From Curvularia clavata (taxonomy: Eukaryota), in assembly GCA_023920165.1 (NCBI GenBank), contig CP089276.1, positions 2,294,001-2,358,000 of the forward strand: DNA of 64,000 nucleotides, written 5' to 3'. The notes beneath the pieces were generated by a model. The model was not told the origin of the DNA. It was given only the letters and a program-made list of their open reading frames with translations, and searched no databases. The translations under genes and the position numbers were made by a program. Position 1 is the stretch's first letter. The number at the start of each line of letters is the position of its first letter. Below are positions 1-10,259 of this stretch, in pieces.

Positions 1-641
1 TCTACCAACGACACATAATCACCCTTGGCGGTCGCCGACTCGTCGTCTGGTACGCAGTAATCACGCTCGTCGCATTCATCGTCATATTCCACCACACAGC
101 TCTCATCCACGTCTTCGCCCAACTCTCCTTGTAACGGTCGCTTCGGTTTCTCCCTTTGTTGCTTCTTTCCCGGGTGCTGCGCCGTCGGCCCCTCAAGCTT
201 GCCCAGCTCTTTTGCGCGCCAGACGAGCGGTATGTCGTCCTCATTCTCCAATGTATTCACCGCGCATGCGACATTTCCGCACATTCCATTCTCATCGTCC
301 CAGAAGGGGCATTTCTTGCTGTATAGGCTCAACCGGTAGTGTGAGAAGAAGTCGGTGTTCTGGGTAATGGAGTTGAGGTAGGGGTGTATAGCGTCGTTGA
401 GTTGCTCGAGGGTACTGTAGCTTGCGCATGCGTCTGATACTATGGCCCCAGGCGATATCTGGAATGTAGGCTTAGCGCTCTGGTCCTCGACAGGACTGGG
501 TGCACATAAAGAATGATTGCTTACGTCGCAAACGTTTGGCGGAGGACTAGCCGCTTTTGAAGGCGCCGCATGGCTTGAAGCGCGCGAGTTACCTAGCAGC
601 GCGAAGACTGTCAGGTAGAACACATGCGCTGCGGAGCGCAT
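1..641 (-). CDS. ERO1: Endoplasmic reticulum oxidoreductin 1, 5' part (runs off window start)
   Basis: ATG 641. Exon 1 (641-525) encodes signal peptide MRSAAHVFYLTVFALLG. Intron 524-459 (GTAAGC..CCAG). Exon 2 reads ISPGAIVSDACASYSTLEQLN..DFFSHYRLSLYSKKCPFWDDENGMCGNVACAV..ECDERDYCVPDDES..GDYVSLV, with the CPFW and CxxxxC shuttle cysteines typical of Ero1. Not in the ORF track. Confidence 0.93.
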   Translation of the reverse strand, partial: MRSAAHVFYLTVFALLGNSRASSHAAPSKAASPPPNVCDVSNHSLCAPSPVEDQSAKPTFQISPGAIVSDACASYSTLEQLNDAIHPYLNSITQNTDFFSHYRLSLYSKKCPFWDDENGMCGNVACAVNTLENEDDIPLVWRAKELGKLEGPTAQHPGKKQQREKPKRPLQGELGEDVDESCVVEYDDECDERDYCVPDDESATAKGDYVSLV

Positions 642-1297
642 GGTGGTACAGTTCCGTCTGTAGTACTAGTCCTCCGATCAGCAAACGTTTGCAACAGGCG
701 TCTTGGTGACGTGGAAAGATTCGAAGCTTACAATTACGTCTATCCCGAGTATATGAAGCGGCTCGGGAAATTACAGGCCGAGAGAATGTGTGGGGAATGC
801 GAAGAGGCCAGCGTGTATGTATCAAACGCAGTGATTAATCCAGCGAGGATCCTGGCTGTGGCGGTGCGAGTTTTGCTCTGTTTGGGAAATGCAGACTGAA
901 AGCAGATTAATCTTTGATGAGACGCCTGAGTCTAGTCCGCAAGCACAAAGGGCCAGAAGTGAAAGATACAGAAGGAGCGAATATACTAATATATTAAATG
1001 GGTAGCTTGGCTCTTGGTTTCAAATCACACGTTGATGGGGCCACTGCGTGGATCCCCGAGCTTGTAGCAATGTGGCCATTACCAGAGATGTGGCGGTGGA
1101 TCCCCGATGGACCCTGGCATAAGGCTGGAGGGGCAAAAGGCTGATGTTCGACGGACCACTCTTCGTGCAGGATTGAATGAAACCCAGCAAATACCAAGCA
1201 ACCGAACAAGAAAAAGAAAAAGAGATAGGGATAAAGAAGAGATAGTAGTTTGTTGTACGTTGTTGGCGGATTTTCGACCTACTCAACGCCTCAAATC

Positions 1298-1918
1298 ATG
1301 GCCGAACCCACACAACCACCTACTGGTAGTTGGACTGATGCATTTCCCGCGCCACGGATTACTGCGCCCTCGATATCACGCGAGGACGTCCTGTCAGATC
1401 TGTCCTCTCCCGAATTACTGCTCGTGGATGTGCGACGCACCGACTACGAGGGTGGCACCATTCGCGGAAGCATCAATCTGCCTGCGCATTCGTTTTACAT
1501 GAACAGGGGCGTCTTGCATGACCTGTGCCGACGGGCTGGCGTCAGGAGAGTTGCTTTTTACTGCGGTGAGTTTATGGTTTTTACCTCAACATAATCCTTG
1601 TGTGCGAGGAGGCATTGGTAATATCATCAAATGTTGTACGCGCGTGGCGTGAGGTGCATGCCACTTGGAAGTCTGTCTTGTTGAAATACGACTGCATATG
1701 CATATACAGGCCAGATTGGCTAAGATGCACTAGGATCATCCAACGGGAGAGGCCCCAGGTGTTCCGGCTGGTTTGCAGACTACATTGCAGAAAAAGGCGA
1801 CGACCAGATCACGTCGTTGACATTGACCGGAGGCATTAAAGGTTGGGTCAAGGCTGGCGAACCTTTTACGCAGAACATGGATGGTTTCGAACCAGAGTAC
1901 TGGAAGCAGTTCAATTAG
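1298..1918 (+). CDS. Cdc25-like rhodanese-fold phosphatase / arsenate reductase (Ych1/Acr2/Ibp1 family)
   Basis: LLVDVRRTDYEGGTIRGSINLPA motif. Intron 1566-1733 joins the active site FYC-GSSNGRGPR (CX5R). Continues LTGGIKGW and ends YWKQFN*. Confidence 0.85.
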
Positions 1919-2047
1919 ACCTTTTCAAAAGCAACGAGGCATCGGTAACATCAGTATTCTCGATTAAGTGCGAAATGGGTATTTTACATGAACGTCGTAT
2001 ATTTTGATTCTAGTCACAGGCCAACAAATGTCTGTTGGAGCATTACC

Positions 2048-5000
2048 TCATTCATCATCCGTGTCATCGTCGACTACCCGCCTGGCCCTTTTCCTGGGAA
2101 AGACAGGCTCCTCGTCCTCCATTTCAGAATCCGAATCTACAACAACCAACGGCTTCCTGTTTGTACCCGCCGCAGGCTTGGCGAGCGGTGAATCGTCGTC
2201 ACTATCGCTACTGACAATCGCGTCGTCATCCGTGGGATCGCTTGTGAAGATCTTTTCTCGCCTAGGAGTCTTCTTGGGTCGGGCAGCTTTCACAACTGCT
2301 TGCGTTCCCGCCCCAAGGCCAGACATGTCGAGACTCGGTAGACTGGAAGTTGGGGCTACCTCCTCTTCATCCCCTTCGACGATGAAGCTGGCAAGCTCAG
2401 AGTCCAATAAATATGCTTGCGTGTCTTGTGGCTCATCCGTACCCAGTGTGTCATCAGACCCAATCGTATCCGCTTGAGATGCAATATGAAATCGAGGATC
2501 TGTTGGCGGGGGAGAAGACTCGTTGCCCTCTTGAGCAAGTGCAGAGACACGCCAGTTGGGGGTCTTTGTTTTTGGTGTCTCGTCATCTGTTATGGGCTGG
2601 TCGACGGGCGTTTGTATAGTACCACTGGCTTTCCGTGGCCGACCACGAGGCGCCGGGGTTTTCGGAGACTTGGGGATCGTGGTCTCCTTTGTTTTCGAAA
2701 CAGGCTTTTCTTTCGGGGGCGGCATCGCTTTCTCTTTGGGTTTTGCTGACACTCTTGTCTTTGGTTTTGGGGCAGGCTTTGCCTTTGCGTTCAGGCCCTG
2801 GGATGCAGGGAGATCATCTTCCCACATGTCTTCGTCAATGATAGGGGCAGCTTCTGTGTTGGGAACAACTAGATTGTCCCCGATATCTGATTCGCAGTCA
2901 GAGAAGTGCATATTGAGCTTGAAACTATCGATACGATTCTCGTCCATGTCATGCATGCGTTGCATCATGGAGGCAAACGCCCGCGTAGCACGGCCTGGGC
3001 CAACCCGGCGAGCTGAGTAGGGTAAAACCCGTTGTCGCTCAGGGAATTTCCCCAGATCAAGCATGTCGACCATCGGAGCGTCATCATCATCGAACACCGT
3101 TTGGTACCTCTTTTCAAGATCCTGGGTGGCGTCCTCATCTAGAAGGACTGACTCCAATGAAGGTATGGCAAAAGGCTCTTCGCTTGGGTAACTAGGTGCA
3201 CCCGCTTTTTTTGCACGACCTTTAGGTAAAATTTCCTCGTCCATACGGCCTGCAGTGACGAAGCCGGTGATGACGCCGTCGGGCATGTGGAACTTCTTCT
3301 CAGGCTTTTTAGCACGACGTCCCTTCTTCGGCTCTGGAAGCCAGTCTTGCTGCGAATTTTCGATTGGTATCTCTACCACTCGGCGATCGACAACGGGTTT
3401 AACATCTGCGGGCAGAATTCTGCGAGATATGTCGTCATGGAAATTAAAATGACTGCCCGAGGCAATGAGTTCCTGCATCCTGAGGTAACTGTCATTTGCC
3501 TTGTTCGCATCGTTCTCCTCTTTGCCTTGCATCTGAAGCATGACAATTCTTCCTTCGCGCTTTCGTCCTGTACGGCCCATTCGTTGTAACATACGGATGG
3601 GCGATGCCTTTGAGTCATAGCAGATAATGAGATCTACCTCACCAATGTCCAAACCCTCTTCACCGATCGAGGTCGCAATGAGTGTATTAAATTCACCATT
3701 CTTGAATTTTTCAATGGCCGCTAATTGATCTTTCTGAGTCATGCCTTCCGAGTTCTTTCCGTGTGCTTGTCCAACAAAGATGCGTGGACGGATCATTGGT
3801 TCGTGTCTCTTCAGGATGCGCGCAATTTCTTCTGCACTGTCACGGAAATGTGCAAACACCATGATTCTTGTTTGTGATTCCCCTACCCCCTCGCCTTCTG
3901 CGTTTACAAAATGGTCCAGGATCACTTGCTGCAAATATTCCAGTTTGGGATGACCAACAAAGTTCTCGTCAGCCATCCATGCCTGGAGGCGCACCATAAG
4001 CTTCTTCCAAGGGTCGCTATCCAGAATCTGCTTCTTGTACTTCGACTTTGTCTTGGCGCTCTCTTCTTGAAATTCTTTCATCTTAATATAGAAAGGTCCT
4101 ACACCATGGTACTTTAATAAGTCCATTCCGTGCGAGATGGATGAAAGGATGGAGAAAAGGGTATGGACAGTGCTTTGAAGGCCGCGATTTGCATTATGTC
4201 CACTTTCTTGAAACCATTTCTTCTTGGCTTGTTGGCAGCCATATGGGGTTAGATCGCGAGGGTCCTTGCTCCAATATGCATTCAGACCAGCGAGAGTGTT
4301 TACTAAAGGCTGTAAGGCTTCGCTGTAGAGCTCCATGCACATTTCCATCTCGTCCGTATTCTGAAAAACCTGCTTGTCGATCTTGCGCTGGTGGACGTAG
4401 CTGCATATGTCCATTGAGTTCTCCGTTCGAATTTCTACCTTGGATATGTCGAGGCCGTCAATGACCTTCTGCACTGATTCGACGTCAGCACCAGGCGTAG
4501 CTGTCAATGCCAAGACCCGAAAGCTACTGTTGAATCGTCGGAGAAAGGTCACAACTTCAACATATGCATATGCACCAGTCGCCCGATGAGCTTCGTCAAC
4601 CACCAGCAACACAATCTTCTTGGGGTCTGCATATCCGGCCTTCAAGTCGTTCAAAAGCGTCTGCGGTGTCATGAAGAACACTCTTTTCTTCTTCCACTCT
4701 TCAGCTCTCAGGCCTGTCGCAACACCTCCCGTAAGCATCGTGGTATATGAGCGGGGTATACCTGCGATTTTGAAACACGCATCGACCTGCTGAGCTACAA
4801 GTGGTTTGGTGGGAGCAACAAAGACGATCTGAGATTCGACAGTCCATCGGAACCAGTTAAGAATGATGGTCGCGGCAATGAACGTTTTACCGAGACCGGT
4901 GGGGAGAGCGACCAAGAGGTTATGGAAAAGGCCTCTTTGGACAATATTGAACTGGTAATCTCGAATCGTACCCAGGTTTGTTGGGTAAACCCATGTCTTG

Positions 5001-6007
5001 ATCGCTTCTGGATCCAGTTTGTGATGAGTAGGCGGCTCTGCCTTCTGGTCGGCCACAAAGTTGTAACGTTTGTTGGCCTGAGATCGCGCGATATCATTGC
5101 TGGTGCCGATGCCTCCAAACAGGGTCGTCTGTCGTAGACCATTCTGAGGCACCACAATGCGCTTGCGAGCACTGGCTGTTTCTGTTTCATCTTGCTTCTG
5201 TGGAGACGAGGAAGAAGAAGCGAAAGCGTCCGACGGCAGATCGGCCAGATCCTGGGTGAAGTCATATTCAGCAATTACAGTGCCCCTTCCAGGTGCGGCT
5301 GAAACGGGTAAGCGAGGAGATTTGTCAATGTCAATGGGCGAATCTGGTATCCCAGGAGATGATGGCGCTTGCGGTGCTGGCCGAGTGGACGTTGACTGTC
5401 TTCCTGGTAGAGATGTTGTCTTGGCAGCATGTGCGCCACTTGGTTTAGCTGGCTCAGATGGCTTGTGTATGCCTATGGCGGTGGGCGGTTTTGCCCATAT
5501 TGCTCCTCTGGGTTTCCAGGGTGGCGAGTGTTCTCGGGGCGGCTGTGTGAAGAAGACATCTTCCATATTCAGGTTGGTAGTTGGAATATGGATGCGTTCC
5601 TGGCGCTTATTGGCCCGCGTATCCTTTGCCGGTGACACATACTCGGTTTCGGAAACAACAGTTTCGCATGATCTTGACCGTGCTTTCTTCCTATGACGTG
5701 AAGGCACAGTCTTTTGAGGGGGCGAAAGATTATCGCTGCCTGAGTCGGACAATGGGTGGTGAGCTTCCTCGTCTTCATCCTCATCAGAAGAAACAAAAGG
5801 ACCTTTGCGTGTGGTGGTTTTTGCATTGCGTGAAACGGGCGCTGTCTGCCTGGCGGTAGTGGTTTTGGTGGAAGTACCGACTCTCTGGCGCTTGGCCGGC
5901 GGTGGTGAGGGCGGGAATGCAGGAGTGTTTTCCTTCTCCGCCTGCGTGGCGGCATTCAGAAACTCAGTATCATCAAACTCATCGCCGTACTCGTCGCTGT
6001 CGTCCAT
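2048..6007 (-). CDS. MPH1: FANCM/Mph1 DEAH-family DNA helicase
   Basis: Intronless ORF, ATG 6007. Motifs IRDYQFNIV, LPTGLGKTFIA, VVDEAHRATG, ALTATPG, ATSIGEEGLDIGEVD and RMLQRMGRTGRKR. Confidence 0.95.
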   Translation of the reverse strand: MDDSDEYGDEFDDTEFLNAATQAEKENTPAFPPSPPPAKRQRVGTSTKTTTARQTAPVSRNAKTTTRKGPFVSSDEDEDEEAHHPLSDSGSDNLSPPQKTVPSRHRKKARSRSCETVVSETEYVSPAKDTRANKRQERIHIPTTNLNMEDVFFTQPPREHSPPWKPRGAIWAKPPTAIGIHKPSEPAKPSGAHAAKTTSLPGRQSTSTRPAPQAPSSPGIPDSPIDIDKSPRLPVSAAPGRGTVIAEYDFTQDLADLPSDAFASSSSSPQKQDETETASARKRIVVPQNGLRQTTLFGGIGTSNDIARSQANKRYNFVADQKAEPPTHHKLDPEAIKTWVYPTNLGTIRDYQFNIVQRGLFHNLLVALPTGLGKTFIAATIILNWFRWTVESQIVFVAPTKPLVAQQVDACFKIAGIPRSYTTMLTGGVATGLRAEEWKKKRVFFMTPQTLLNDLKAGYADPKKIVLLVVDEAHRATGAYAYVEVVTFLRRFNSSFRVLALTATPGADVESVQKVIDGLDISKVEIRTENSMDICSYVHQRKIDKQVFQNTDEMEMCMELYSEALQPLVNTLAGLNAYWSKDPRDLTPYGCQQAKKKWFQESGHNANRGLQSTVHTLFSILSSISHGMDLLKYHGVGPFYIKMKEFQEESAKTKSKYKKQILDSDPWKKLMVRLQAWMADENFVGHPKLEYLQQVILDHFVNAEGEGVGESQTRIMVFAHFRDSAEEIARILKRHEPMIRPRIFVGQAHGKNSEGMTQKDQLAAIEKFKNGEFNTLIATSIGEEGLDIGEVDLIICYDSKASPIRMLQRMGRTGRKREGRIVMLQMQGKEENDANKANDSYLRMQELIASGSHFNFHDDISRRILPADVKPVVDRRVVEIPIENSQQDWLPEPKKGRRAKKPEKKFHMPDGVITGFVTAGRMDEEILPKGRAKKAGAPSYPSEEPFAIPSLESVLLDEDATQDLEKRYQTVFDDDDAPMVDMLDLGKFPERQRVLPYSARRVGPGRATRAFASMMQRMHDMDENRIDSFKLNMHFSDCESDIGDNLVVPNTEAAPIIDEDMWEDDLPASQGLNAKAKPAPKPKTRVSAKPKEKAMPPPKEKPVSKTKETTIPKSPKTPAPRGRPRKASGTIQTPVDQPITDDETPKTKTPNWRVSALAQEGNESSPPPTDPRFHIASQADTIGSDDTLGTDEPQDTQAYLLDSELASFIVEGDEEEVAPTSSLPSLDMSGLGAGTQAVVKAARPKKTPRREKIFTSDPTDDDAIVSSDSDDDSPLAKPAAGTNRKPLVVVDSDSEMEDEEPVFPRKRARRVVDDDTDDE

Positions 6008-6063
6008 CGTGGATGATGGCCAGGGCAGCAAGGTTTGGGCGTGGCGGCAACGTGAAGGTCACG

Positions 6064-6069
6064 ACGCGT
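6064..6069. promoter_or_regulatory. MCB-like element (ACGCGT) upstream of MPH1
   Basis: Perfect ACGCGT 57 bp upstream of the MPH1 ATG, with a second GCGCGT at about 6079. Fits MBF-type G1/S control of repair genes (inference). Confidence 0.4.
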
Positions 6070-6447
6070 CGGGGTCTAGCGCGTTTGGCCAGGATCAATG
6101 AGGAAAGGCAGCGCCGGCCCCTGCAACGGCCGCGGTTTCCCTTCCCACCTGTAAGGCTCAACCGACGTGCATTCGCAGCGTGGTGTCGGCCCGATGCGCG
6201 ATACCCAGCTGGGCATAGCATGGGCTAATAAAAGTGCTGCCAGGACGTGACTCGCCGTGCCCCTATGTAATAAACTGGGTTCGCTCAGGCACAATAAAAG
6301 CTAGGCCTGCTCCCCCAGATTCTCGTTGCACACGCCCACACTCGTTTCTTTTTGGCTGTATACTTTTTGCTCCGGCATCCAACCTGACACGCTCGCTAAT
6401 CGCTATTTATTCATACTAATTCACGCCACGCCAAACCAAACGACACA

Positions 6448-7083
6448 ATGAAGTACTCTACCGCCGTCCTCCTTTTCGCCGCCGGCGCCCTCGCCCAGGA
6501 TGTCACCAGCGCTCCCTCGTCCGCCGGTCCCATGCCTACTGGACTCACATCCGCCGTCCAGTGCGCCTTGAACTGCGATGCTGGCGACGTCAACTGCCAG
6601 GCCAAGTGCCTGGGTAACGCCCGCCCCAACGCCTCGCAGGCCATCGCCACCAACGAGTGCGCTGCCAAGTGCGACCAGGGTGATGGATCCCCTGCCGCCA
6701 CCGAGGCCTTCTCCAAGTGTGTCGACGCCTGCATCAACAGCCTCTTCCCCAGCAGCCAGACCGCCTTCCAGGACGGTGGTGCTGGTGCTGGTGCCGCTGC
6801 TCCTAGCAGCGCTGCTGCCGGCAGCGCTGGCTCCGCCGCCAACTCTGCTGCCAAGCCTACCGGTACCAGTGGTGAGTTTGCGACAACTTCAGTATTGTGC
6901 TTTTCATCATCGTTTGCTAATTCCGTGCTAGGATCTGCCTCTGGATCTGCGGCTCCCTCTGGCACTGCTGCCGGCTCTACTGGAAGCCCTTCGTCCACTG
7001 CCGCAGCTGGCGCTGCTGACAAGACCTCTGTCCAATACTTTGGCGCTGGTCTTGCCGGTCTGCTTGCTGTTTTCGCTTTGTAA
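6448..7083 (+). CDS. Small secreted, probably GPI-anchored Cys-rich, Ser/Ala/Thr-rich cell-surface protein
   Basis: Signal peptide MKYSTAVLLFAAGALA. Eight-Cys domain (four CxxxC pairs), S/A/G/T-rich linker and hydrophobic C-tail GAGLAGLLAVFAL. Likely intron 6872-6931 (GTGAGT..GCTAAT..TAG, 60 nt, in frame). Strong C-ending codon bias. Confidence 0.85.
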   Translation: MKYSTAVLLFAAGALAQDVTSAPSSAGPMPTGLTSAVQCALNCDAGDVNCQAKCLGNARPNASQAIATNECAAKCDQGDGSPAATEAFSKCVDACINSLFPSSQTAFQDGGAGAGAAAPSSAAAGSAGSAANSAAKPTGTSGEFATTSVLCFSSSFANSVLGSASGSAAPSGTAAGSTGSPSSTAAAGAADKTSVQYFGAGLAGLLAVFAL

Positions 7084-10000
7084 ATCGGGACAAGCACTGC
7101 GTTTTGTCATTGTTAGATACCGTACGAGTGCATGGACGACCAAAGCGATCGCTAAGATGAAGCCTAATGTCAGCATTGCCTCTTTGTTTGTCAGATGTGC
7201 AGCCAGTCAGGGTGCTATTTGAGTAGCCTGGTTGGTTGTTGGTTGTTGATTGTGGTGGAACTTTTGGATAGTTGAATCTTAATGTTCTTCTCCATACTTG
7301 CACTACGTAATTGTTTGACTTCAGTGAAATCGTCGCGTGTATGGGATCCACGCTGGGGCCACTAGCGCTGGTAATGATGGCTCGTGCCTCAATGCAGGTC
7401 GGCCCCGGCATCATCTCGGGACACACACGCACATGTCATCAGAGGCCTTCATCCCGACCCTGACCACGGCCCATTCAATTCGAGTGGCCATTGTACATAT
7501 TACAAGTAGCATCGCTAGATGGATGAGACTTGCTTTGTCGTCCCTGCGAGATGGAATTGTTTTGAGTCACCTGATGTCAGGATCGTATGGGGTTGTGGAG
7601 ATGGCCTTGTTCGCGTCCTATGTGTGGCGGTCCCACTCCGGTATAGAGCAGGTTATTGGGCAGACTTGGTCATGCGTGCAATGCCAAAACTCCTGTCCTA
7701 GCCCGGCCTTGGGGGAGCAAGGCTGTCATCATATGCTGTATTCATCAACACTGAGTGCGATATCTGGATTGGTATAGACGCAACTAAATGTATGTACGGC
7801 CTGGATGTTACAGCCAAAAAAAAAAAGTGCGCGCGCCGTGGGTGAGCGCATAGTCGATGTCTAGCAGTAGCCCAACTGGTTGAAGAGACCCTGTCGCGAC
7901 CCTCGTTGGCTTCACCGAGGCCACCGGAGCGTTTTCCGTCCTTGAATCTTGTCGCCACCTGCTTATTCTTGTCATACAAGTGTGATGTCAAACCATTCCT
8001 TTTCCAGGAGCTGGGACTCGCCATTCTTTGCTGCTGGCTTGCTGTGCCCCTGAAGTATAGTGGCAGTCCAGTCCGGGGCACGTTTGCCACTCCTTTCCCC
8101 ATCCCATGATTCTCTTCTAATCTCCTTCTACCCGAGTTGCGATGCGACTACAGAAAACTGCTCGACACATGTTGGTTTTGTGACGGAAACTATTGCCCTT
8201 CGTGGTCGTCCGTCATGTCTTGCCTCGCATTTTGAAATGAGCTTCCTTGGGCCACATAGCCAACCCCTAACCCCGAGTTCATGGGTGTCACAGTGGTAGT
8301 ACGGATTTGGCCCAATCAGAGTTCCTTAAAGCAGTCGTGAGCATTCTTTCTGCTCCTGTCTCAGACGAGGGCTTTGTCCATGGCTGCACATGGCTTATAC
8401 CGCCCATCAAAAACAATCGTCCAATATGTGCATAATTGTTGCTTACATGTGCCAACAAACTCTCAACGTTGTCCCTGTGGTGAGCGCAGCCAGCATTCCA
8501 AGGTGCGCCTAGTGATGGGATCACCCTTGTAATGCCGATCGTGCGTGTTCCGAACAGAACCGAGGCACTTGCATCAAAAGCCGGGTTAAATTCTGGCAAT
8601 AGTCATTATATTGGCCTTGGACAAAACGCGTAGAGAGGCTTCAAGGCACCAAGCAGTTGCAGTGACGTGATGCGTCGATACCAGTGGTATGAACTATGCT
8701 GAACGCTTGAGGTGAAAATCGGCACAGGCCCACGGCAAGCTAGCACACCCTTGCTGCAGTTGGTATGGTGAGCGGATGTGCGCCAGCGGACACAGCGAAC
8801 ATCGGCAAAGATCTGGGTTCAGCCAGGCTAGGCCGGCGAATAAGAGACAAGCTGTGTGACGCTGCTGAAGATTCGCTGGCATGCGGCTGGTGTTTCGAAG
8901 GGGGCGACTAGGGCCCTGTCTACCTAGTGATGCCGCTGGGTCATCCCGCAACCGAACGGCTGCATCACCGCTTCGCAGACAAACGTGCGACACGACCACC
9001 ACGAGTGTTCTCAACACCCGTCCCTCAACCCAACGAAGATTGGAGATGATCACGGTCGGGCCGTCTGAGACCGGGCTGATGTGGCCCGAGGCGGTGGATG
9101 TGTGTAAGAGAGTCATACGCGAACAGGCCTAGCAGACTAGGGCCGCGGAAGGAATAACAATCAATGAAGGCGGCGCACTATGATTTGCGCCTCTGCGTGA
9201 GCAGCAAGACGAGGCAGCAACAGCCTGTCCAGCCTGGTGTGACGTTATCCGTGTGTTGTGGGAGATGCGGCATGCCCATCTCAGACTCTGTCGAACAAGC
9301 TGCGAGATGTCGTTGGACCCCTGTCGAGCGCTAAATCCATTTAGTATCTAGACCACCATACATCGCCTCCTTCAACCTTCGTCGCCGTCCCTACGCCATG
9401 GACGTAGCGCTTGCTGCACCATGGCTTGCAGTATCAGGCGATACGGCGCATGTGTCGGACGAGGCGGGATGGGGGTTGTCGAGTGCGGATTCCATGAGGC
9501 CAGCCAGATGGCTCTCCAAGTACGGGCCTGCAGAGCGACCCATTGCCGGCGGCATGACTGAGACATGCGGAGGAACTGCCAAATAACATAGATAGTCGGC
9601 CTATGAAGGGGGGCGTTGGCCATGAATAGCAGACAGGGGTAGTGGAGATCGTGGGTTGACGGAGCGGAATGAACATGCAAAAAACCATCAAAAAAACACG
9701 ACGTGGCCAGACGGCCATCAGCGGCCCCCCGAGCATGGCAGCAGAGCGGGCACGGCAGCGGCATGGGAAGGCGTTGGCGCTGCGGCGAGGATGCTGTTGC
9801 TGGCAGCACCGATGAGCAAAGAGAGATATGCGTAAGAAGAACTAGGTCCCACGGACGTAGCCTTGGGCCTAGCTTGGCACCGTTAGACCCATACTACAGC
9901 GAGTCTATCCCGCCCTCGCCATCTCTCAATTCCTTCAACCACTGCTCCCTTCTCCACTGCTCTCCCCCCCGCGCCGCCCTCGTGAGAGCCTGATCGCGAA

Positions 10001-10259
10001 ACAAGACTTGTTTTCGCCGTCGGCCCCATCTGAACATTGGCCCAGGATCTTCACACTACCTGCTTCTGACCCACTGCCCACCAAGTTCGCGTGTATGCGC
10101 CCATGGGCCTTCCCATGCTGCGTTGATATCTCTACTTGACGGGCTTTTCCTTCACCAACAACCCTGGCGACAGCCCGCGCCTGATTCGAGAGGGGTTTCC
10201 GCTGGGCTCTCGCCCGCCTTTTGTATCAAGTCTGTTTCCTTGTCTAGCATCCATTCGCC

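Noticed and set aside
1298..1918. Arsenic-resistance cluster
   Set aside because: No ACR3 permease, methyltransferase or bZIP regulator nearby; this is an ordinary single-copy family member.
7330..9900. Many short ORFs in the long intergenic region before SNT2
   Set aside because: No motifs, codon bias or consistent splice structure; likely regulatory or non-coding DNA.
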